A stretch of 64,000 nt of DNA from contig JALMLS010000064.1 in NCBI GenBank assembly GCA_038496445.1, positions 558,001-622,000 of the forward strand. Reading direction: 5' to 3'. Of this stretch, positions 52,452 to 64,000 are shown piece by piece. The first letter of the stretch is position 1. Every line of letters starts with the position of its first letter. The notes under the pieces are model-generated. The model had not been told where the DNA came from and did not search any database. It saw only the letters and a list, made by a program, of their open reading frames with translations. This stretch comes from Trichosphaerium sp. ATCC 40318. Lineage: Eukaryota > Protista > Tubulinea. The position numbers were made by a program, and so were the translations under genes.

Positions 52452-52886
52452 TGTTTAAAGCGTTTGGTTGCTAAAAAGACGCACCACAAAAGTCAAGTTT
52501 CACTGTTAAGTTCGTGAGTTAGTATATCAGATCTCTTTCAAACGCTCGTAAAGTACACATTTGTGAAAGCGTAGTAACAGGAATAGGTGTCAAAGAATGG
52601 CTAAGCGGGGTTCATATACAGTACACATACAGTACACTCAGGATTTTTAGTAACTTCATAAATGTTTAATATAGTTTTTGTTATCTTGAGCCGTATATTT
52701 CTACCATCGCTGTTGCCAGGCACATAACCCTTTAGGATTATTTTCTTAACTGGAAGAGGAGCAAGGAAATGAGGATTTGTACATAGAACACCTCTTATAA
52801 TTTTCCTTGGCTAAAACCCTTACTTAAAGTTTGATTTGGAACGAAAAAAAGAAACATATGCTTGCAAGTGGTTCATTGACAAAGAA

Positions 52887-54432
52887 TTAAAGTTTACTGC
52901 CGTAAATGCCATGCATTAGAGGTTGAACCTAGAAGACATGTTAGAGTTCTAGTATACCATTTGTTCTCTTTAGTATACATACCTTTTTCCTGCTACATTT
53001 GATATTTGTCTGATTAAAGAACTTGAACAATGGAGCCTTGTACGATGCCGAAACATCTGATGAGTACTTTTCAAGTCCAAGCTCTGATTGTTCCAGAGGA
53101 ACCAAGTCATCTCCAAGCTCTTTCTTTGGTGCATATATGATAAGCTGACGTGTGAATTTACCATCCTTATCAGAGAATGCGTGCATTACTACAAGAATAT
53201 CACAAGTCTTCAGTAACCGATGCGCCTAGAAAATAATATTAGACAGAAAAGTTTTGAGACGAAAGTCTTGGTTTTTTTTCTCTGTTTACCTCCAAGTCAG
53301 AAACAAGGTCACTTGTTGTTTTGATAAAGTCATCTATAGGTAATAATACAGAGCTTATACCATATCTAACGTTTCCTTGTGACCATTGTTTAAAATCTTT
53401 ACGTAGTAGATCTTTACAGGATAATCCTGTTGAGTCAAATTTTGCTTTTTGAATTTGTGCAAATAATTCTTCCTGATTAATTGAAGAACCTTTCAACCAT
53501 CAGTACATCAAATGAAAGAGTTCTAATCGAATACCTTTCATTAAATCTGTAGCTACAGCAATATCCTTATCCTTCACACGTCCCATCTTTGGGTCAAGGT
53601 TTGCTGTATCAAGTAGAATTGTTCCAAGAAGAAGTGTACGCAAAGGCTCTGTAATCTTGATCTGTCCTGCCTTTTCAGCTTCTAGAATGTGGCCTAGAAT
53701 ATCGTCAAACACGTGACGTTTTATGGCGACTTCTTACTAGCAACAAGGGTCGATGCAGATCCAACCATTTCAATCAGTTTCTTACACCTGTTTAAAAACA
53801 ATCATTAACAAAAAATCATCCATTGTTGGACTTTCTTACTCAGTAAACTGCTTCAAATCTTCGTGGTGATCAATGATTTCGGTTACACAAGGTGCTAGTA
53901 ACGCTATTAGAACTATTGGTAATCATTTTAAGCGTACCGAGTCGAGTATAATCTCCGTCAAGGGCGTTATGGTCTACAAGGATGATTGACAGTTTTTTTT
54001 CATTCGCTAGACGCTCTAAATCCTGCCAATATGTTATTGAGAATCGTTAGAAAATGTTTTTACCGATGTTGGTACACTATCTCTGAAGATAAGGTCTTTT
54101 GGAGCTAAACCGATCTTATTGAAGAGAAATTTAGCTTCTGTGCGTAAAGGGAAGTCTTTTTGAACGATTGGAATGAGAGGAAGTGTTAAATCAGTCCTAC
54201 AATGAGTTGACATCCACTAATTTTAGTTTCGCGTACTCGCTTTGAGTCTGTGAGCGAAGGTACGCCAAAGTAACACTAGATACCATAGTATCCAAATCAC
54301 AAGCCTCAAACAATTAAAACAAAGTTATGACAGCCCTAGTACCTCATTTCCCTTTACTACAGTGATTTTTGAGAAGCTACCAGCTTTATACTTTTTTAAT
54401 GCGTTATTCAAGAAGCTAGTAAGTGCAGACAT
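52887..54432 (-). CDS. PPX1: Exopolyphosphatase PPX1/PRUNE (DHH family)
   Basis: GNEACDLD, ILVDHN, EIIDHH, VGSASTLV, TILLDT.NL, LLRKDFKQ, SRKKVQP; ends GSKL*. Confidence 0.9.
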
Positions 54433-54512
54433 GGTGTTAACTCTTTAACGACAAAACAAACAAAAAAGAACCGTTACGATTAAAACGCGAAAAGGTCAGA
54501 CTTTTTTTATTC

Positions 54513-56301
54513 TTATTTTGTTGTTTTAAGGTTTTTGATGCCAGCAAGTAATCCTCCAGCCATATTCATTCTACCTTGTGAAGGCAGCTTATCAAGCCTG
54601 AATACAAAAACTGTTAGTACGACAAGATTCAAAAGAACTTTAAAGTTCTTTTACCATGGTGTTAAGACACGGTCATGCATCTCTTTAATGATCTCCGGCA
54701 CAGCATCACTACCCAATTTTTTATTGAATTCAGGAATGATATTAGCTATAGCAGCCTACATAGCTAGTGTTAGTCGCCGTGATGAATTCTTACTTTTTTC
54801 TTACCTTCGCTGTTTTCTTGTCCCTGTAGCGTTTTGGACCGGGTTGTAGGCATCTCAGTACAGGCTAAACAATTAGTAACAAGTAAATAAAATTATAACG
54901 TACAGCTACTATCTCTTCACTTTTACACAGAGATGTGTACTGTTTCATGTAAGCCGCAGTAGGTTCATATTTCTTCTCAAATTTTCCATTTTTAGGTAAA
55001 GCTTTAGACATTAAATACAACTCGTTGGTAGCAGCTTCAATGTAAGTCTTAAATGATATCTTATCTCTCCATTCCTTTGGAATACTTTCGAGGCCATAAA
55101 AAGCACCTGCAAGTTGCCCATAAACTGTAAAGAAAAACCGTTAACATAAAGACTTCCAAAAAAACACTTACTAGCTGTGGTTGTATCAGTATCATTTCCA
55201 ATATTGGCTAACATCAGTGCACCTTCTTTATAACTATCAGTCTTATTAAAGGCCCAAAGAACGCTCTCAAGAGTCTTTACAACATATCCGGAACCGACAA
55301 TTTCTGGAGGTTCCTTAGACTTGTATGAACCCTCAACTATTTCTTTAATCTCAGGATGAATTGTGCTCACATCTATAGCATTTTCACACTTCTTGGCGAT
55401 ATAGTCCTTACTCAAGATGTCCTCCTTAGAGTCTCCCTTTAGTGCTCCTACAACCATCAATGCATATACAGAGCATGCATCGCGGCACTGGGGCGCGCCA
55501 TGTGTTGTCCTTCAAGAATGTTAATCTGGAAAGAAAAAATTAGTTCATACTTTGAGCTTTTCTGAGCATTTTCTACGATAACACTGTAATCACAATTGGC
55601 GTATAGTATAGGAATAGGTGCCAAGCGCATCAACGAACTACATACTGAATTCAGAAAAGAGAAGAGTAAAATCCTAGCCAAGGCTCACCCATTTCCTGCA
55701 CGTTTTTGCCAATCCATACCAGGGTACAAATTTGTGTTGTCCTTCTCGTGGCGTATGATTGCTTCACGTGTTTGTATTCCAATGTCAAAACAGAGCTCTG
55801 TAGCAGGGAACCAGGTCAATATAATACAATATTAATCACTACTTACGAGTTGGTGACATGTGTCCTTTACGATACCAAGAAAGATATAATTGCTAAACGG
55901 TTTTTTGTAAACATCGACAACTTTGAAACAACATACAATTTGATCAGCAGGATCCATTTCGCCCTTGTTTATAGCGCTTTCAGCAAGACATAGCGCCTTT
56001 TTCCCGTTTTACAAGGTTTTTAATGAATAGTTATTTTAGGCGTACCATTGATGTGTCGTCCGTAAACTGGCCCGCAATAAGTTTAAACGGACCTCCGCCG
56101 CTGTTTCTCGTTAATTATACTCATAAAAATTAGGCGTACACCATATCTGTTAACGGCTCGGTAATTGGCGGTTTTTTAAACTCTAGTGTAGTTCCTGAAG
56201 GTATATAAGCTTGCTTACACTAATACGCTGTATTCCAGCATACCAAGGGCGTCACCGCATGCAGCGCCAAAAAAGCATCCAAGAGAGCGACTTACAGCCA
56301 T
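54513..56301 (-). CDS. ADP-ribosylglycohydrolase (DraG/ARH family) with C-terminal extension
   Basis: GAACGDALG, GGPFKL.AGQFTDDTSMAL, CFDIG, GNG.LMRLAPIP, TTHG, GSGYVVKTLE, GNDTDTT...YGQLAGAFYG. Confidence 0.9.
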
Positions 56302-56485
56302 ATTTATTTGTTTTGTCCCTTTTTTGTTTGTGAAAGTCAAGATTTTAGGCGAAATTCAATGTATGAGTCAAATTCAACAAAGTTTCTGACAATATCAAGA
56401 AGGACCTATTGAATCTGGTTTCCATCATGACACTGGTAAGATTATAATTTAACGAAATGTCGTTTTCTAGTTATTTACAATGTAT

Positions 56486-58063
56486 CATTTACACAAGAAG
56501 AAGAGATACCATTTTTTGGGTTCAACATAATCAAGATACAAACTTTCTATTTTGTACTAACAAGACATTAACAGGGTTTCCATACAGTGGTTTGATTGAT
56601 TCACGTACGTTCAAATGATCCTCCTTTAGACGGTATATATTTGACATTTGTCTTCTTTGGCTTTTCCGAAATATATTTATACAAAGCGAGAGCGCAAGCC
56701 TAAAATAGAGTCAAAATCATTTTAAAGACAAAGTTGTTTTTCGTACATCTTTTTTCGCGTCAACTAGTTTATAAGCTGTTTTTTGTGCTATTAACACATC
56801 ATAGTGATAAACACCACATGTATTCATATCTGGTACACCACTTTGTATACTTGTCCTAAAGTACTTTGAGCAAACAACTGACAAAAAACGCCATTACCTA
56901 AATCGTGGATTCATATCATTAGAACGAAAATATGCGAGCATTCTGGGCACAATGTCATCAGTATGCAGAAGCACGTGATGTATGTTATCAATATTTTGTT
57001 TATAGAAATGCTCGAACAGAAATTTCTTAGCCACTTCAGGTGTCTAGCATGCGTACAGTTAGCTTTGGCTGGAAGAAAAAAAGACATACATGTTCTTGCA
57101 CCAACAGACCATAAAATGAGTAAAACACGTTATCAAGAACACGTGCTCTATTCTTTTGTTTTTGTGGAAAAGCATCAAGAATGTTCTAAAGTGCTATGAG
57201 CAATCAGAGGGTTAGATGGTAACGTACACCTCTAGGATATACACGAATGTGTTCACCGAAACCCATGTCCAATACATTCTTGGCTCTTAATACATCATCT
57301 TGCAGCACGTGCAACACGTGGCTAGTCAAGGCTCTGTCGATACTGGGATATGTAAATTTTAGTAAATCAGGCATTGTTGATCTCCAGAATGTCTGACCTG
57401 GTAAATAACGAAAGTAAGCAAAACGGGGTTGCTGTGATACAAAAAGAGTGTACCTTGAGCATACAGTGCTTTATCCTTGGCATCACAAGCACGTCCAATC
57501 ACAACACTTGTAAAAGCATTCTCAAGCAAGTCGTTACGCATAAAATCAATGTTGTACTTGCTTTGGAAGAGGTTTGTTAAAGGTGTCAAATCGTCATCTT
57601 CTGGAGTATGGCGTTGTACATGCTCAAAGCTTGCTAGAGCATCTTGATCATCTCTTGAAAGTCGTAGCTTTGTTTGAGATAAATCAAAATCTGATTTTAA
57701 TTGTTTTCGCTTTGTAACGTCTGTGAAGCGTGGAGGTGCAGTTTTAACCTTTTCTTCGGTGGTTTCAACCTCTTTAAACAAATCTATTTCACCACATTCT
57801 TCTTGCTCTTCTGCGTCTTGTTTTTTGGCCAAATTCACGATTTGACGCTTCGATGGCGTTAATTGTTTTTGTACAGCTATTCTTTCAGCCCTTGCGGATT
57901 GTGACTTCGAAATTCGTCTGGTCGGTTTTTTCTTCGCTTTCTTTAGGCATACTTGAGTATTGTGAAAGGTACGGTTTGTATTTAACATGGCAATGCGAGA
58001 TACACGCTTACTACGCGTATGGCAGTACCCTGAGCGTCCAAGTAGAATCCTCGCGTTGAGCAT
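56486..58063 (-). CDS. MRPL44: Mitoribosomal protein mL44-like (degenerate RNase III + dsRBD)
   Basis: Presequence-like Arg-rich N-terminus; LLENAFT, YPSID, dsRBD-like YTCGVYHYDVLIAQKTAYKLVDAKK..CALAL. 3' end approximate. Confidence 0.6.
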
Positions 58064-58167
58064 TGTACTAGGTGTAAGTTTGACGCGCGAACATTAAAAG
58101 AAGCGGTCAAACCAAGTTTAAATTATTCTGTCTGGCTTGTTATTGCGTAACCGCACGCTCTTGGAGC

Positions 58168-60445
58168 ATGTCGTTCTTTGACGACAGTTACAACAATCAA
58201 AGCCAAGGAGTGAAAAGGAAACGTGGTGATGAGCCCTTTCAAGAGTCGAAACGACCGAATCTGAACGAGTCAACTGGCATGGAGGGTTTTGATGTTAATT
58301 GCTTCTTAGACACTGAAGAGGTAGCCGCCATAGCAAACGACGAAGCCGTAGAAGAAGGTAACCTATTGAATAAACGTTAAAAGAAGTTAATACGCATTAG
58401 GCATCCTAAAAGAAATGGAACAACCAGTAATTAGCGATACACAACCACAACCAAGGTTTTAGTTTGTTTTAGGATTTGTTTCACGTATTTACGCGTCAAA
58501 TAGTTACATAACGCCAACCGACACAGACGCCGTTCGACCATGCACAGTTGTAAAAGAAGAGTTTGTAAGTGTTTGACACTTTAGTATACAACTCTTTTCT
58601 AGGCACTCACTCATTTATGATAGTGGGGAGCAAAAGTAAAACAAAGAGATGCTGCACCTAGAGAATTAGAAGCAACGAATAAGATAAAATTCCAAACGGT
58701 TTGAAAGTTTTTTCTTATTCTCACAGAACTAAATTCGTGATGTAGGTTGAAAACGATGGAAGTGGCTTGGCTATGAAGAGATTATCTGTTTTGAAGAACA
58801 TATTCTCTAAACAATTACCAAAGATGCCGAAAGAGTATATTACAAGGTACTACACGCTTAACCAAAGGAGGAAAATCAATCAACATTTTAGAAACAAAAA
58901 TAAAAAAGGATAAAAAAAAGTTAATTTCCCGTTTTTTTGTAAATTTTTTTTACTTGTTGTCTTACACATGGTACTAGGCTAGTATATGATAAAAAACACA
59001 GGTCACTATGTATTCTAAAAGATGACCAAACAGTTGTCGGCGGTACAACGTTCCGATTGTTTCCAACACAAAACTTTTGTGAAATTGTTTTTTGCGCTGT
59101 TAGAACAGAAAATCAAGTTAGGGTGCGTAACTACACATACGTTTTAAATTTCACTTCCTCATACTCATTAATTACAATTAGGGGTTTGGTACACGATTGA
59201 TGGTTCATTTAAAGGAAGAGGTTAAGAGAAGTGGAGTTTATAACTTGTTGACTTATGCTGATAATTTCGCTATTGGATACTTTAAAAAACAAGGTTTTAC
59301 AATAGAAGTTCGATTAGAAACAAAGTATTGGAGAGGTTATATAAAGGATTACGAAGGTGGAACACTTATGCATTGTAAACTTGATAAAAAAATAGATTAT
59401 CTTGAAGCACCACGTCATGTTCATAAACAGAGAATGGTACACCAGATTACCTTATTTGGGGGTTTTTTTTCGGCATTTTCGGCTAATCATTTCTTTTTTT
59501 GTAGAAACTTTACGAAATCTTAAAGCAATATTGTAACCAGCATTTCATATATGAAGGATTGGAATGTTTTAAAAACCCGCGTGTTACAAGCATAAAAGCT
59601 GATAGGCTTGAATCATTGAGTACGTAATCGTACTTTTGTTGAAAGAAAAAAAAACGGAAGAGCAAATTTGTTTTTGCTTTTTCATTTAAATGATTGTCTG
59701 TTAATCTCGTGTTTTTTCTGTTATTTTGTTTAACATTTTATGCAGTAAAAGTGGGATGGAACCCAGATGAGTATAGAAAACAACTGGATGGAGAGAATCA
59801 AGTTCGCATAAAGAAGAAAATGACTCAACTTATGGATGTTATATGGAAAGACGAAACCGCTGCTTGGTGTTTTCGCGAGCCTGTTGATACATCAGCGGTT
59901 ACTGACTACCTCAAGGTTATCAGTGATCCTATGGGTGCGGCCATAAGCCTTTATTTGATTTTAATTTTAAAGCCTCAATTGCTTACTTGTTTTTGACTTC
60001 CTAGATTTGGCAACCATTAAACAACGTGTACAGCAAGGCTTCTACATTACGGAAGAAATGCTATTTTCTGATTTACAACGCGTTTGTGATAATTGCAAAA
60101 AATTCAACCCAGAGGTAAACCGAAGAAGAAAAGAAACTATTTTTCTTCTCTATTAATTTTTTTTATTTTAAACAAAACGCCCAAGAACTCAACTTGTTGC
60201 TTTCCTTTTTATTCCTCACACTCGCGAATAATACCTTCAATGGTTCTACTCAATGATTTTCATTTTGTTTTTGATCATTCTTTACCCTGCGGGTCGTCTT
60301 ACAGTGTTTTTTCGAATAGGGTAGTATTTGGTTTGCTGCTGCAAAAGAACTTGAGAATAAGTACTTAAAGCCAAAGAGACCAAAGAGTACCCATGCTTGG
60401 CATAAAATAAAAGAAAAGGAAAAGAAAGAAAAAGCTAATAAGTGA
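58168..60445 (+). CDS. GCN5: Histone acetyltransferase GCN5 (HAT + bromodomain)
   Basis: [58 protein letters not shown], bromodomain WCFREPVD...[12 protein letters not shown]. Confidence 0.95.
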
Positions 60446-60859
60446 CATCTCGTCAAAATTGTAAAAAAAAACCCAACTTGTACAGTTCAGTAAAATCAAA
60501 TGAAAGAAAGCTTGTAAAAACAAAAAAATAGATTTTTAGTTCATTAATGAACTAGTATGTATAAACAGCTTTTGTATACCGTGGTTGTTGTTAATTTCTT
60601 TGGTATTTAATCAGTGAATATCGTAAAACGAAACGAAAAGAATGAACATTCGAAAATTTGACATTTGACACATGTCATTTGTTTTTGTACCTATTATCCG
60701 TAAAAACATATCATTGTAGCGTTTGGAACAATATTTGTGCCGTACAAAAAAAATAGTCAATTATTGTCTGAGATAATAATAATTTAGCAAAATAAAATAA
60801 CTTGTTCGTTCTACTGGATAAATCCTCACTTCCGTTCCTTTGTGTTCGTCTTTACTAGA

Positions 60860-62099
60860 ATGCTTACCAATACGCTATGGAGATCTAGTTTAGCGCGTAA
60901 TACGCTTACTAGTAGAGTAAATAGACAAAAATTATCTGTAAAGCGTTGTTATTGGGATAAAACGCCTAAATTTATGGAAGAAGGCATGAAGGGAACGAAA
61001 CAGAATACAATAAAGTACAACAAAAAAATAAGGGGCCTAATACGCTCTTCATCGTACGTAAAAATCATTGACACGCTATCGCGAATGTTATTGGAAGGTA
61101 AGCGCCTGTTGCAAAATTGTTTGTAGTCCTAACCTCTGTGTAGAAACAAAACCCGATAAGCACACTTGCGGCACTCTAGTTACTTGTCTCGTTTCATTTG
61201 GAAGGTAAACAAAATGGTGAGTTTCTTGTTTCTCACAAAACGTTGTTTTCAGGTATGAGATGGCGTTGGATCTGTTCAATTTTATTAAAAAAAAGCGCCC
61301 AGATTTTATGCACGGCGTTCTTTATGTACCTCTTATCACTGGATTATGCAGACAAGACAATAATCTTGCTGGAGCGAAACGAGCTTTCAAAGAAATGGTT
61401 GCTGCTGGATATGAACCTAATATAAAGATTCTCACGGCTCTTTCTGTTTGCGCTTTTAGGCATTGTGAGCCACAGGAGGTGAAGACATTTCTAGAAGATA
61501 TGGAGAAACTCAAAATACAGCCTGACAAAGCATTTTATGAAAAGTTGATTGTTGGTTACCAACGATCAGGTCCTAAGTATGCTAAAGAATTATATGATGC
61601 TATTGATAGACATCATAATGACTTTGGTTCTGTTGCTGTCAGTATATTAAATACTTCACTACATTCACTGGCAGAATCAAAAAAACCTACACTTGCAATG
61701 AAACTTTTCCGTTTCACACAAGAATATTATTCAACTGTTACTCTTGGTGATGAATGTACTAATGCGTTGCTACAATGTCTATTGGGTACTAATAAGATGG
61801 GGGATGCCAAAATTATCGCTGAATATATGGAACAAGCAGGCCTTGAAGTATCACATGACACTGTAGAATTAATAAGGAAACTTGGCGTTGAGATTTTTGA
61901 TAATCAAGCACGTGCAACTGTTATAACAGTTTTTTTGTTTTCCTGTTTAAGTTTGTTGTCGTTGTAGTAGAACTAACCATAGCTCTTTAGTCTGATATTC
62001 TAGCTGCAGACGCAGAGATGAGAGATAATCCAGGTACTCTTCGCTTAGACTGGTTCTTATTGTTGCTTACGTTAATCAATAGCCGCACTGTTTTTGTAA
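60860..62099 (+). CDS. Pentatricopeptide-repeat (PPR) protein, probably mitochondrial
   Basis: LYVPLITGLCRQ...AKRAFKEMVAAGYEPN; FLEDMEKLKIQPDKAFYEKLI; presequence-like N-terminus. Confidence 0.8.
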
Positions 62100-62460
62100 A
62101 AAGAGATGCCTCAAAAAATATGCTCGAAACATTGGCTGGTTCATGTAATTAATGCTGTAGCGAAAAAAGCGTTGGTCACGTTTTATTATGCTCCGCTGTT
62201 GTACGCGCAAAAACAACATTAGTTGAACAAAACGAAATAAAACATCAGAATTTATATCTCGTGTGCTGCACTGCGCCTGTATAGTGCCATTCTGGTGGAT
62301 ATGCCAGGCCTTAAGGCGTGTCTCTAGTTTGTGAAATAAAAAGGTCGTCAACTGTTTTTTTAAATAGCTTGACTTTTTCCAGTAACAACTACGTCAGTTT
62401 CAGTGAGACAAATGGTTTAACAACATCATCTGGCATAAACCACCGTAAACCTTACGGAAA

Positions 62461-64000
62461 ATGAAACGCACCAACACACAAAAACTTGAGAGGGATGCTA
62501 TTAAACAAAACGGCATATTGCCTAATAATGTAAGTTAATAGCGTTTGGCGTTAAATTAGATAATTTTGTACTAGGCTCGCCGAAAACGCGTTGGTTTGAC
62601 AACACAGATCCGTAAACAGCAGCGCCAGGCCACTATCTCTAAAAGACGAAACCCAGCAGCTGTAAAAAGCCACGAGAAGGCTGACAAAACGTGGCGTCTT
62701 CTCACCAAAAACGTACTTTAACGCTCGTATGCTTATGCTAAGTACTCAAATAGCTCGAAGCATTTATGCGGTACCTTAATTCTGATGACAGCAGAAAGCA
62801 AATTCAATCAGCTCACATGTTTCGTTTGGTGCTCAGTAAAAGTAAGTTACCGCCTAAACGTCAATTATCTCTAATTTTTTTTTCCCGCGAAGAGGAAAAT
62901 CCTCCTATCGATGAAATACTCGGCTTTGGGTGTATAAAGCGCATCATAGAATTACTAGACGACCCTGGGCGAAACATTGCGTTACAGGTACACAGAGTGG
63001 AAACTTTTTTTTTTTCTAAACGAACGCGTGTAGATGGAACTACTATGGATTCTCTGCAACATTGCCGTTGGCACAACAGCACACGTGAAGTTCCTCTTAG
63101 ACTTGAACGCACTGCCTAGAATTCTCTCTCGTGTTGCTTCAGACCATCCATCTCTCAGGTAGACAGCATTTCACCTTTTTTGTTCAAAAAAAAAAATGAT
63201 CAAATTCTGACTCTGCTTCCTTCTTTTTAGATCACAGGCTTTGTGGACGTTGGCAAATATTGCAGGTGATTGTCCAGAGATTAGAGATGAAGTTCTAAGA
63301 GCTGGTGTTATTCCACACTTGAAGAAAATCTTTTCCTCTATTGAAGACGTTGATACAAAGCGTCAACTTGCTTGGTTAGTATTAAATCTTGTTCGTGGCA
63401 AGCCATCCCCTGATTGGGCTTACGTTGGTGTACGTTTATTGGCATCTACGCGCATCAAAGAAAAGAGTGCAGACCTGTTAACGAACCGGCTGTGCAATGA
63501 AGTTTCTTTGATTTCGTTTTTTTATGACTTTTTTTTTGCTAACAGTGTGTAAGGAATTGGTTGGCCTCCTAGAGTCTCTCATTACTGTCGAAGACATCGA
63601 AGCCCTCAAGGATGTTGCTTGGGCTTTCTCTTTTGTGACAGATAGGAACGGACCACCACTACGTGCTTTGGTATCTAAATCGACGCTGGTTGGCCAAGCC
63701 ATCAATTTAATAAGGTTAGTGTAACATCTCTAGGTCGTTTTTAGTTCAGCATCGTTCTTTGCTCTTGCTGTCGCTTACATTATTGTCTATTAGAACTGTT
63801 GACGACGAAGACTTAATATTCACCTTGATGCGTGGTGTCGTTAACGTTTTGGCTGGTGACGAACAGGTTGTAGAGGCTGTGATAGGCAAAGGTATTCTTG
63901 GTGTTGTTCATGCGTGTTTGGGTCACACAAGTGAGAAAGTTAGAAAGCAAGGTACGCTTTTTTGTCTTTTTTATTTTTCTTCTCGCTAATTTTCTTTCGT
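62461..64000 (+). CDS. KPNA: Importin alpha (karyopherin alpha), 3'-truncated by the window
   Basis: IBB-like ARRKR...IRKQQR...SKRR; ENPPIDE; ARM repeats WILCNIA, QALWTLANIAGD, LAWLVLNLVRGKPSP, DVAWAFSF. Confidence 0.9.

Overview
Eukaryotic, AT-rich, very compact nuclear DNA with many short (about 35-120 nt) GT-AG introns, so most ORF-track entries are exon pieces or antisense shadows. All gene models below were spliced by eye and their boundaries are approximate. A Dictyostelium-type STAT (ITNE motif, SH2, C-terminal GYEEL) together with a Zn2Cys6 factor points to an amoebozoan-like protist. About 27 protein genes are supported: IPT/TIG protein, RGS, a large CLASP/TOG protein, several F-box-LRR/MORN proteins, TFB1M, a pseudokinase, a LIM+kinase, Zn2Cys6 TF, Rac, a vault/SPFH-like protein, NFRKB, STAT, OXA1, TBC1D8/9, a TcmP-like methyltransferase, PPX1/PRUNE, ADP-ribosylglycohydrolase, mL44, GCN5, a PPR protein and importin alpha. 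There is also one tRNA-Cys-like gene. Most notable: (1) an intron-containing eukaryotic copy of the prokaryotic TcmP/GMT-wHTH methyltransferase; (2) a TOG protein with 17 exon-duplicated WH2-like repeats, most preceded by a CDK-type site, behind a CDE/CHR-like promoter element; (3) a tRNA with acceptor-stem mismatches typical of 5'-edited tRNAs; (4) an ARH with a WH2-like tail; (5) a vault-like SPFH protein.
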